Source of the DNA: Candidatus Thorarchaeota archaeon SMTZ1-45
GTDB taxonomy: Archaea; Asgardarchaeota; Thorarchaeia; Thorarchaeales; Thorarchaeaceae
Direction: 5' to 3'
Length of the DNA stretch: 64,000 bases
NCBI GenBank assembly: GCA_001563335.1
Contig: LRSL01000076.1
Coordinates: forward strand, 5,325 to 69,324
In this document: positions 56,197 through 64,000 of the stretch, piece by piece
Layout of the letters: each line of letters opens with the position of its first letter
How positions within the stretch are numbered: position 1 is the first letter of the stretch
Program-made: the position numbers and the translations under genes
The notes under the pieces: generated by a model
Database searches by the model: none
What the model was told of the DNA's origin: nothing
Seen by the model: only the letters and a program-made list of their open reading frames with translations

Positions 56197-56484
56197 ATGG
56201 ATGATGAAGACAAGAAGAAGTGGTTCAAATCTTGGAGAGAGATAAGAGGTCAATTACCAAAAGGTATGAAGATTGTTACTGAAGCGACAAGTGCATTTGG
56301 AACAGAATACACTGGGTTTACAGTTTATGAAGGACCTCTTGAGAAATTCCAAGAGCTTGTTGATAAAATCGAAGAATATTCAGCAGGGTTTGTTGAAAAG
56401 TCCCTGACTATTATTGGAACGAAGGGACTCTCTCTTCCAACTGCCGAGTTTCAAAAGATACTCGATGGGCGACCAGTAGATTAA
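56197..56484 (+). CDS. Small soluble protein (DUF3303-like, tentative)
   Basis: 95 aa from ATG 56197 (MDDEDKKKWFKSWREI...). The track ORF starts at 56122. Confidence 0.45.
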   Translation: MDDEDKKKWFKSWREIRGQLPKGMKIVTEATSAFGTEYTGFTVYEGPLEKFQELVDKIEEYSAGFVEKSLTIIGTKGLSLPTAEFQKILDGRPVD

Positions 56485-56497
56485 GAGGGTCATAGGA

Positions 56498-58261
56498 GTG
56501 AAGCACAAGTTTTCGCGCAGGACTGCGGTCATTCTTGTCTTTGCTATCTTTGTAGGCTTTGTGATGTACAATATTGCACCAACTGAGATTGAACCTGGTC
56601 AGTATAGTCTGGCGTTAGAGATTCACTCCCCAGGCATTGATGTTTCTCAAATCTATAATATTTCATTTGTCAGTGAGATCTCTGATGGCAGCTCCAACTA
56701 TCTTCTCACTGGATCTTTGACGAATGTCACTGTGACAATCCCTCGATCTATTGTTATTTCTCCCAACAATCCTTTCAGAATCATTCTTAGTGCAAGCGGT
56801 GAGAGTTTGTCTGCAAGTGATATTGTTGCGACACTCACAAATGATGATGAGTTTAATCTAACACTTCGTCCCAATAGACAATCCGGTCAAATCTTCATTA
56901 TCGAATATCAACCATTGGTCAACTCCAATTCTGCAGTGATGATTCTAGCAGTCGTTGCCATTCTTTGGTTCTCAGAAGGAATCAGTCTAGTAGCAACCTC
57001 TCTTCTCATTCCTATCTTGATCGTCCTCTCAAATATACGCACACCCGATGCTGCTCTAGCACCCTTCTTTGACCCTGCTGTGGCGCTAATACTTGGAGGA
57101 TTTCTAATAGGTCGAGCATTGGACAAATATGAACTTGATAAACGACTCGCTCTTCTGATACTATCAAGGAGTGCTGGATCTGGTTCTAGCCTAATTCTCA
57201 GTGTGATGAGTATCACAGCATTCCTATCGATGTGGATAAGTAACACAGCATCTGCAGCAATTATGATTCCAATCGCTCTTGCGGTAATTAGTCGTATTCG
57301 AAGCTTAGAAACAAGAGACAAATATGGGAAAGCACTTGTGTTGGGTGTAGCTTATTCAGCGACACTTGGTGGAGTTGCAAGCCTTGTTGGTTCTCCCCCC
57401 AATCCTTTGGCTGCTACATACATCAACTCATTCCTTGGGATTCAATTCTCATTCATGAGTTGGTTGCCCTTTGGACTTCCTGTCGTTTTGATTATGTTGC
57501 CGCTGATCTGGCGATGGATAATGTTTCGATTCAAACTACCAAAGAACATCGAGGAAATGAACGAGTTGAGAGAGATCTCATTCAAGGAGTATCTGAAACT
57601 TGGTCCAATGCCTATGGAACAAAAGTTAGTCGTAGTAGTTTTCATTTCAACTGTAGCACTCTGGTTCACAGAGAAACTGCCAGATTTCATAGCTAGTGCA
57701 ATTGGTTGGTCTGGACATGGAATCTCAAGTTCAATAGTTGCATTGATGGGTGGTCTCTCATTAATGGTGCTTCGTCTCATTGATGAAAAAGATGTGTCTT
57801 CTGGCATAAACTGGTCATCACTGATGATTCTTGGTGGTGGAATCGCATTAGGTGGTGCAATGATTGATACTGGTCTGTCAGCTTTCATCGCACACCAGAT
57901 GATCGGACTTGGTATACTTCCCTCATTCCTTGTGATAATCATAATCGGTACCTTAGCAGTACTTGTGACAATGGTAGCTTCGAATACTGGTGCGGCAGTT
58001 ATTTTGATACCAATTGCGATACCATTAGCCACAGGTCTTGGTATTGACCCTCTCCTCATAGTGATGGTGATAGCTATAGCTGTTTCCATGGACTTCGCAT
58101 TACCAACTGGGACTCCACCATCAACTATAGCTTATAGCACTGGCAAGGTTCAGATTCGCGAGATGATAACGACCGGTCTAATTGTAGATTTAATTGCAAT
58201 TCTAGTTGTTACAATTCTTGCAGTATGGTTGTGGGGTATCCTAGGGTTAGTCGTGCTCTGA
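56498..58261 (+). CDS. DASS/SLC13-family anion:sodium symporter with a ~140-aa N-terminal extracytoplasmic domain
   Basis: Two hairpin-tip SNT motifs (WISNTASAAIMIPIA and VASNTGAAVILIPIA). More than 10 TM helices. Confidence 0.85.
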   Translation: MKHKFSRRTAVILVFAIFVGFVMYNIAPTEIEPGQYSLALEIHSPGIDVSQIYNISFVSEISDGSSNYLLTGSLTNVTVTIPRSIVISPNNPFRIILSASGESLSASDIVATLTNDDEFNLTLRPNRQSGQIFIIEYQPLVNSNSAVMILAVVAILWFSEGISLVATSLLIPILIVLSNIRTPDAALAPFFDPAVALILGGFLIGRALDKYELDKRLALLILSRSAGSGSSLILSVMSITAFLSMWISNTASAAIMIPIALAVISRIRSLETRDKYGKALVLGVAYSATLGGVASLVGSPPNPLAATYINSFLGIQFSFMSWLPFGLPVVLIMLPLIWRWIMFRFKLPKNIEEMNELREISFKEYLKLGPMPMEQKLVVVVFISTVALWFTEKLPDFIASAIGWSGHGISSSIVALMGGLSLMVLRLIDEKDVSSGINWSSLMILGGGIALGGAMIDTGLSAFIAHQMIGLGILPSFLVIIIIGTLAVLVTMVASNTGAAVILIPIAIPLATGLGIDPLLIVMVIAIAVSMDFALPTGTPPSTIAYSTGKVQIREMITTGLIVDLIAILVVTILAVWLWGILGLVVL

Positions 58262-58277
58262 AATTACTAGTGCATCT

Positions 58278-59108
58278 TTGGAATTCACGAAGGGTTTAAA
58301 TCGCTCAAAGGACCGCTCCTCACAAAGGTGCCTAAACATGAGTTGGGTAATGAAGATAATCAAAGGAAGTCCAGATGAACATACCCACGCTAAGCTGGTG
58401 AAATATGGTATTGGTTCTCATCCTGGTCCCCGAACAAAACTGACCTTGAGTAAAGCCAGTATCAAATTCAAGGCTGATCTTGATCAAGAAAAAGATATTC
58501 TTCGGGGATATCTCTTGGGTGCACCTGCTGGGACTCATAAGGTTAAGGGTACAATAATCACCTATAGTGATCGCACTAACGAATTTAGTCAGCTGAATAT
58601 GCCTATTTCATGGTCGAAATCAAAAGGTAAGGGAACTCCTGTCTTCAAAGCGAAAGTGGATGAAGTTGCTCCAATCGAAGATATCCGCGCATTATTTGAA
58701 GTAGATGATCCAACCACATTCTATCTTCTCTCAATCAATCCTCGTGACGGAACCAAACCATGGAAAGTAACAACCAAGACTTCTTTCCCAAAAGGTGGCT
58801 CATCGGAAGAGGATGAGGAATCTGACGAAAAGGATCCTGTCTTCACAAAAGGTGCCTTAGGCAACACACCTAAAGTTCTTGATTATTTACTAAACACATA
58901 TCTTCCGGACTTGAAGGACAAAGTGGAGCCCAAGACCAAAAACATCATGATTAGGAACAATATTGAGATTCTGGATATTGAAATACCGGATGATCCCTCT
59001 CTAAGTTTCGCTGAGAAACGGCGTCTTGCCAAAAAACATGGTAAACTGATTCGTGCTGTAACAATCGATGGGAAAGACCATACTCTTGAGTACGATTTCT
59101 TAGTATGA
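58278..59108 (+). CDS. Hypothetical protein (beta-rich N-terminal part, acidic linker, C-terminal domain)
   Basis: 276-aa ORF. The likely start is ATG 58338 (MSWVMKIIKGSPDEH...). Central SSEEDEESDEKD linker. No motif recognised. Confidence 0.55.
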   Translation: MEFTKGLNRSKDRSSQRCLNMSWVMKIIKGSPDEHTHAKLVKYGIGSHPGPRTKLTLSKASIKFKADLDQEKDILRGYLLGAPAGTHKVKGTIITYSDRTNEFSQLNMPISWSKSKGKGTPVFKAKVDEVAPIEDIRALFEVDDPTTFYLLSINPRDGTKPWKVTTKTSFPKGGSSEEDEESDEKDPVFTKGALGNTPKVLDYLLNTYLPDLKDKVEPKTKNIMIRNNIEILDIEIPDDPSLSFAEKRRLAKKHGKLIRAVTIDGKDHTLEYDFLV

Positions 59109-59176
59109 TTTCAGTACCGTGACGTTTAAATTCGAAACAAAAGGGGTGCCCTATACTAAAAGAAGAGGCGAAATAC

Positions 59177-59377
59177 ATGCTCCAAGGATTTGAAGGATAC
59201 TACTTCCCAATATCACTTTTGTTCATTTTCCTAGGTTTATTTGCAGCAGCTTGGTTGATAATCCATATTGAGCATGGACGTCACTTCTCAAAATTTAAAG
59301 TAGGATCTGCTCTATTTCTTGCATCAATCTTAATCGGCTTTGGTATTCATTTTCTACTGCTCTCAGCAGGAATTTAG
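59177..59377 (+). CDS. Small two-TM membrane protein (66 aa)
   Basis: YYFPISLLFIFLGLFAAAWLIIHI and ALFLASILIGFGIHFLLLSAG. Ends 8 nt upstream of the next ORF. Confidence 0.5.
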   Translation: MLQGFEGYYFPISLLFIFLGLFAAAWLIIHIEHGRHFSKFKVGSALFLASILIGFGIHFLLLSAGI

Positions 59378-59385
59378 AAAAATAT

Positions 59386-60699
59386 ATGACACCATCTCAA
59401 CACATCAACTCTTGTTCAATCTGCACGAAATACCATTATTTAGCCACTTACAGACTTACTTTTGCTATCTTCTACTGGATGGCAAATTTTGAGTCTAAGA
59501 GGAATCCCGACGTGTTACTCGAACCCGATATTGAGAAACTAGCTATTGAAAGCCGCCAAAAGCTAGTTCAAGAATTCGCTGATAAATACGCTAACCTTCG
59601 TGAGCGTGTAAAACGGGTTCCTGAAGCAGATGCACAAAGAATTTCTGAACAATTATGTTGTCCTTCAGAAATTGCTATGATAGCGTATCTGATCAACATG
59701 GATGGCATAATGGGGGTAAAGCAGGCAGTTCGACTTCTCAGTGAAGAACTGCAGCGAAGGGCTATAGTGGGTGACAGTATTCCGAATCTTCCTGGGAATA
59801 TAATGGAATTCGCTCTCACTGAAGGTAGGTGGGTTTCCCATATTTATGGAAGCTTTGTTAGGCAACTTGAAATTCATGTTCGGGGACTTGCGAATCTTGA
59901 GGAGGGAATTGAAGGTCCCGCTGTTGAAGTTGAGAAGGCTCTCTCAATCATAGCTGCAAGGACAAAGATGTCTGAAACAATTATTGCTCCTGTCGCAGAT
60001 GAATGGCAAAAAGAACATCCAAAAGCAACCAGCAAAGACGCACTCATGTTTTTTGGACAAGCAATTACCAAGTGGAACATAAGTACTCTGAATGGAAAGT
60101 TCTTACAAATTCAGCGTAGGACTCAAGCACTATTTCGAGTTCTAAGAGAAAGTCTGCTAACAGCATCCGACTCCTTTACAATGGATGCGGCAATTAATCG
60201 CATCGATATGTTAATCGAAGAACTCGGACGCTCATTTGAGGAAATGACATTAAGAGCTGTTTCCCATCTATTACTCCATATAGCTCCACGACAGGCTACT
60301 GGAAGGGGGGATAGGTCCCCGTATGTTTCTGTGGGTGTGACATCAACAAGAGGGAACAAAGCAGAGCCTGATCTTGCGTCTCCATTTGATTTCCTTGAGC
60401 GAGATGTCAAGTTAGCAAAACGACGTCTGGGCATTGAGCGGGAGGAATATCTGAAACACAAGATTGCACGTGTATTACGTGTTTTGAAGTATCAGGAGCA
60501 CACACATGTAGAGAGTGTCGAAAAATGTTTGACAGAAATTGTTGATAGACTTGAGATTGATGGCTCTCAACTGGAAAAGATTATCGAGGATTTCAAGGTC
60601 ACCATTGCTAATGCACAAGAAGCTGAGAGAGACAATCTCTCTGTGGTTACAATTCTTAGTTTTGTGACCTCAAATGTCTATGGAGCGGATTCAGTTTGA
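59386..60699 (+). CDS. Hypothetical helical protein (about 406-437 aa)
   Basis: Long ORF. ATG 59479 (MANFESKRNPD) is a plausible start. No motif recognised. Its stop overlaps the next start (TTGA). Confidence 0.6.
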   Translation: MTPSQHINSCSICTKYHYLATYRLTFAIFYWMANFESKRNPDVLLEPDIEKLAIESRQKLVQEFADKYANLRERVKRVPEADAQRISEQLCCPSEIAMIAYLINMDGIMGVKQAVRLLSEELQRRAIVGDSIPNLPGNIMEFALTEGRWVSHIYGSFVRQLEIHVRGLANLEEGIEGPAVEVEKALSIIAARTKMSETIIAPVADEWQKEHPKATSKDALMFFGQAITKWNISTLNGKFLQIQRRTQALFRVLRESLLTASDSFTMDAAINRIDMLIEELGRSFEEMTLRAVSHLLLHIAPRQATGRGDRSPYVSVGVTSTRGNKAEPDLASPFDFLERDVKLAKRRLGIEREEYLKHKIARVLRVLKYQEHTHVESVEKCLTEIVDRLEIDGSQLEKIIEDFKVTIANAQEAERDNLSVVTILSFVTSNVYGADSV

Positions 60700-61472
60700 G
60701 CAATGTCCGAACTCCCCTCTACTGGTTGATTGATATTGAGAGTTATGATTTCCAGGTAGGCGCTTTCAAAGATGCTGACTTAAAGGGTAAAGCACTAATT
60801 CTATCAAATCAGCTTTGGTCAATCATCCGTGGGACTCTTGTCTATTCTGTCCTAATAGGTCCTGGAATCTTCAAGGGTTTAGCCACAAGAGGGAAGATTC
60901 AGATTGATGTGCTGGAATACCTTTCAGCTCTGATTTTTGATCCAACAATGCTTCGTCTAGACGAGCCATTACCGCAGGTAGACATTGTTAACCCAGAAGT
61001 AATTGATCCTCTTGGTGCAAGGAAACAGGAGGAGATTGTCACAGTCATCCGTAACTTGGTTGTGGAAAAAGGGAATATTCTTGCAGCTGACACTTTAGCT
61101 ACAGTACAAATGAAAGCTAATGTACCACAAATTGCTCATTATGAGGAGATTTACAAGCGAATCAATGTTTCACATGTTTCAGGTCTTCAACGAGCAAAGT
61201 TCATTCTAGCTGGTACAAATGGACCAATGTACAAACCTTTTGTCGAGTATTATAATAACCGCAAGTTTTGGCAACGAGAGCGAACATTGGTCATGGCTAC
61301 TCCCTTTAACAAGTTTAGTAGTTTTGTTGATATTGATGTGATGTCCGATTGGATGATTGTAGAAAAGGCGGGATCGGACTCAAAGACTGGGATGGAAGCA
61401 ATTGGGGACGAGTTTGAGCGAACGCTATCCATAATTGATAAAGAAAGTGAGTCCTATATTTTCGAGATATGA
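60696..61472 (+). CDS. Hypothetical protein, 258 aa
   Basis: TTG start overlapping the upstream stop (translational coupling). No motif recognised. Ends 55 nt before the helicase gene. Confidence 0.6.
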   Translation: MSNVRTPLYWLIDIESYDFQVGAFKDADLKGKALILSNQLWSIIRGTLVYSVLIGPGIFKGLATRGKIQIDVLEYLSALIFDPTMLRLDEPLPQVDIVNPEVIDPLGARKQEEIVTVIRNLVVEKGNILAADTLATVQMKANVPQIAHYEEIYKRINVSHVSGLQRAKFILAGTNGPMYKPFVEYYNNRKFWQRERTLVMATPFNKFSSFVDIDVMSDWMIVEKAGSDSKTGMEAIGDEFERTLSIIDKESESYIFEI

Positions 61473-61526
61473 TGCAACCACAAGAGTCTTTGGTATAATA
61501 TTTTGCTCCATGGATGAGGACTCTAA

Positions 61527-64000
61527 TTGGAAATTGCTGATGCAGATATTCAAAAGCGGCTCAAGAAGCCTTATACACTTGTTTTTAGGGCTGGTAAACA
61601 AGAGCTGACAACTAGAGTCGATGTTTTTTCAGATGTATTAAGAGACCGTCAAAGATCAGTTCTTGGTGGAATGGTGGAATATGGTTACCGTGAGTCCGGC
61701 CTTTTAGAAATCAAGCGTTTCTGGTTTATTAAATACAATAAGCCAATCTATTATCAACCAAAGGAAACTCACGATATAATAAGAAAAGCGAAGACCATTA
61801 TTATTCCCATGGAACAAAAGCCTGATTTTTTGAAGGACCTTAAAAATATGTTATCTCGTTTAGATGCCCAGAAACAAAGAGTTGTACCTACATGTCAACA
61901 TTGTCTTCGCGATGATAGACTTACCATTTTGACAAGACGAAATGCTGTGAAAATTACTGAGAAACAGGTTGCTTGCACGCATTGCGCTCAAGGTGACCTA
62001 AGGTTGGAATTGAAGAACATGGGTATTCATCTCTCAAAAGCTATGTTGAATCAGCTTGAGAAACAAGTGTCAAAGGTAAAATCAATTCCAAGAATGATTG
62101 AGATGATGACTCCAGGATTTGATCCAACAAACGAGCCTGATTTGACCCTGATTGACACAGTGGTCGCTGAGGAAACTAGAATTTCTCGTATGATATCTGA
62201 ATTGCCAATCCCCTCTCAATTCAAAGACAAGCTTGTGTCAGAAGGATATGAACAACTACTGCCTATTCAATCTCAAGTTGTTGATGCTGGGCTCTTCAAA
62301 GATGTAAATCTGCTGATTGTTTCCTCCACCTCATCAGGAAAGACCTTGTTAGGAGAACTAGCTGGGGTACCAAAAGCCATGCAGGGATTGAAAATGATAT
62401 ACATGTCCCCTTTGGTGGCTTTGACAAATGAGAAATATGAACAGTTTCGAAAACGGTACAAATCTATCGGATTGCGAGTGGGTATCAAAGTTGGAATGTC
62501 CCGCCTTGATGTTGGTGACGAAGGAAAACCAATTGTTGATACGGACATTACAAAATCTGACATCATTTGCGCAACATATGAAGCTCTAGATCTCATTTTC
62601 AGATCAGGCTGCATATCTGATCTTGGAGAAGTGGGAACTGTTGTTATCGACGAGATTCAGAATCTGGCTGACCCTGAGAGAGGTCCTGAACTTGATGGAA
62701 TTTTAACCCGGATGCGTATGCACTATCCAAAAGCGCAGTATCTCGCACTTTCAGCTACTGTCGGCTCACCAGAGGTTTTAGCAAAAGAATTACAAATGAA
62801 GCTGGTGAACTTTGAAGGCCGCCCTGTACCTCTTGAACGACATCTTGTTTTCGCTCGTTCTGATGAGGAAAAAAGGTCTTTAATACGTAGACTTGTTAAT
62901 CAGGAGTTTCGCCATGTTAGCAGCTATGGTAATAAGGGTCAATCAATCATTTTTACCTACTCGAGACGTCGAGCTCATGCTCTGAGCGATTGGTTAAGAG
63001 AGCATAACGTTTCAACATCAGTATACCATGGTGGTCTATCATACTCTCGTCGTCGCAGAATAGAGTATTCATTTTCAAAACAACGATTTGCTTGTATTGT
63101 TACAACCGCAGCTCTTGGTGCTGGAGTGGATTTAGCAGCATCTCAGGTCATCTTTGAATCACTAGCGATGGGTGCAGATTGGTTATCTACTGCAGAGTTT
63201 GAACAAATGCTAGGCAGAGCAGGGCGCCTTGGTAAGCATGACCGAGGTAAAGTCTACATAATTGTTCAACCTGAAAAGAAATACCATGGTGGTCAAGATA
63301 AATCTGAAGATGAGATTGCAGTAGAATTGCTAAATGGCATTATCGAAGATGTTGAGCCTTTTGCAGACAAAGAAGCCAGTGCTGAACAAATACTCGCTAC
63401 GATTTGTTCAACTGGTCTTGTAGACCTAAAAGCAGTTGCTCGAGCATACAAAAGGATGCTCTCAATGTCTGTCCCTCCTTCCGAAGCTCTAAAACATCTT
63501 GTTCGTACACACATGGTTCGTGTGAAGGAGGGTGGTGTCCATCCAACAGATCTAGGAAAGGCTACATCACTATCTTTCCTACCCCCAAGTATGGGTCTTG
63601 AAGTCATGAAGCTCGCCTCTACTTATGACGTTACAGATATTGCTATCATGCTTGAACCATTTGAGAATGTCTACCTTACATCCAAGCTTCAGGAGGAGGT
63701 GAATTCAGCTTTTAGAACTCATATGCCAACTCGGCTCTTCTCAGGGGTCTTTATCGAGATAGGCGATGCAAGTCATCCAAAGAGTGGGGCTGGAAGACTG
63801 CCTCAATGGGTGTTTGAGGTGTTTGGCAAGTGGACTACCACATTCTTCAATTGTGGGTGTCGCGAGTATCCAGAATGTGACCATGGTAAGATCAGTCTGG
63901 GCAGATGGCTTGTTGAGAAACGAAAAGAGGGCTTGAATCCCTCAGGACTTGCACAGAAGCTTCATGATGATTTTGAACTGTGGGCATATCCTGGAGATAT
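61527..64000 (+). CDS. Ski2/Hel308-like SF2 helicase with a ~250-aa N-terminal extension containing a zinc ribbon (archaea-specific COG1202-like); 3' end off-window
   Basis: Hand-translated. The frame is open from TTG 61527, just after the in-frame stops at 61515 and 61524, to the window end. Motif I VSSTSSGKT, motif II VVIDEIQ, motif III LSATVG, motif VI QMLGRAGR. N-terminal CQHC..x24..CTHC; C-terminal CGCREYPECDH. It is not in the ORF track because it is open-ended. Confidence 0.85.
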   Translation, partial: MEIADADIQKRLKKPYTLVFRAGKQELTTRVDVFSDVLRDRQRSVLGGMVEYGYRESGLLEIKRFWFIKYNKPIYYQPKETHDIIRKAKTIIIPMEQKPDFLKDLKNMLSRLDAQKQRVVPTCQHCLRDDRLTILTRRNAVKITEKQVACTHCAQGDLRLELKNMGIHLSKAMLNQLEKQVSKVKSIPRMIEMMTPGFDPTNEPDLTLIDTVVAEETRISRMISELPIPSQFKDKLVSEGYEQLLPIQSQVVDAGLFKDVNLLIVSSTSSGKTLLGELAGVPKAMQGLKMIYMSPLVALTNEKYEQFRKRYKSIGLRVGIKVGMSRLDVGDEGKPIVDTDITKSDIICATYEALDLIFRSGCISDLGEVGTVVIDEIQNLADPERGPELDGILTRMRMHYPKAQYLALSATVGSPEVLAKELQMKLVNFEGRPVPLERHLVFARSDEEKRSLIRRLVNQEFRHVSSYGNKGQSIIFTYSRRRAHALSDWLREHNVSTSVYHGGLSYSRRRRIEYSFSKQRFACIVTTAALGAGVDLAASQVIFESLAMGADWLSTAEFEQMLGRAGRLGKHDRGKVYIIVQPEKKYHGGQDKSEDEIAVELLNGIIEDVEPFADKEASAEQILATICSTGLVDLKAVARAYKRMLSMSVPPSEALKHLVRTHMVRVKEGGVHPTDLGKATSLSFLPPSMGLEVMKLASTYDVTDIAIMLEPFENVYLTSKLQEEVNSAFRTHMPTRLFSGVFIEIGDASHPKSGAGRLPQWVFEVFGKWTTTFFNCGCREYPECDHGKISLGRWLVEKRKEGLNPSGLAQKLHDDFELWAYPGD

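Noticed and set aside
56908-58089. 137-aa and 215-aa minus-strand ORFs inside the DASS transporter gene.
   Set aside because: They are shadow frames of a gene with two clear SNT hairpin motifs and a full set of TM helices.
60696-64000. Hachiman-like (HamA nuclease plus HamB Ski2-like helicase) defence pair.
   Set aside because: I could not find a PD-(D/E)xK-type motif in the 258-aa protein. The helicase has the N-terminal zinc-ribbon architecture I associate with a conserved archaeal housekeeping family. No island hallmarks are visible. It is left as a testable alternative under the cluster finding.
1-64000. Search by eye for rRNA, tRNA, CRISPR repeats, IS/transposase/integrase genes, inteins and long direct/inverted repeats.
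   Set aside because: None were recognised. All intergenic gaps over 100 nt were read on both strands and lack tRNA-like T-loop/acceptor patterns or regularly spaced repeats. The large genes have normal lengths, so there is no intein-sized insertion. A tRNAscan/Infernal run would be needed to be definitive.

Overview
The window holds about 60 tightly packed protein-coding genes on both strands. Stop/start overlaps and convergent 3' overlaps are frequent, and many genes use GTG or TTG starts. By eye I found no rRNA, tRNA, CRISPR array, transposase or integrase.

The gene content looks archaeal; this is inference. It rests on a RadB-like RecA paralog, a RecJ/Cdc45(GAN)-type DHH phosphoesterase, an SF2 helicase with an N-terminal zinc-ribbon extension, a stand-alone RAM domain and substrate-binding/secreted proteins with C-terminal TM anchors. 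Several eukaryote-flavoured folds (two arrestin-fold proteins, a PRMT-type arginine methyltransferase, an ER/K-type charged helix) are compatible with an Asgard-like or similar sediment archaeon. That cannot be proven from sequence reading alone.

Confident calls:
- metG
- a heterodimeric ABC exporter
- a uvrB-uvrA-uvrA' operon, with uvrC about 3.6 kb away
- a class I/II aminotransferase
- MTAP, a phosphoribosyltransferase and a nitrilase-family hydrolase in one cluster
- NUDIX, MazG, cupin and HAD-IIA enzymes, and a 2x[4Fe-4S] ferredoxin
- a PLD-family protein
- APC, MFS and DASS transporters
- several TPR proteins

Most interesting candidates:
1. A minus-strand module of two tandem arrestin-fold paralogs plus a coiled-coil zinc-ribbon protein (15944-19539).
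2. A HerA/FtsK-class ATPase with an ER/K-like helix, coupled to a polytopic membrane protein (52046-54746).
3. A translationally coupled set of uncharacterised genes directly upstream of the SF2 helicase (58278-64000).
4. A compact PRMT-like enzyme (44099-44956).
5. A recurrent palindrome, ATATTAACAATTGTTAA, found in four promoter-proximal positions, three of them next to redox-type genes.

Functional calls come from motif recognition in the supplied translations; no database search was run. Hand-located motif coordinates may be off by 1-2 nt.
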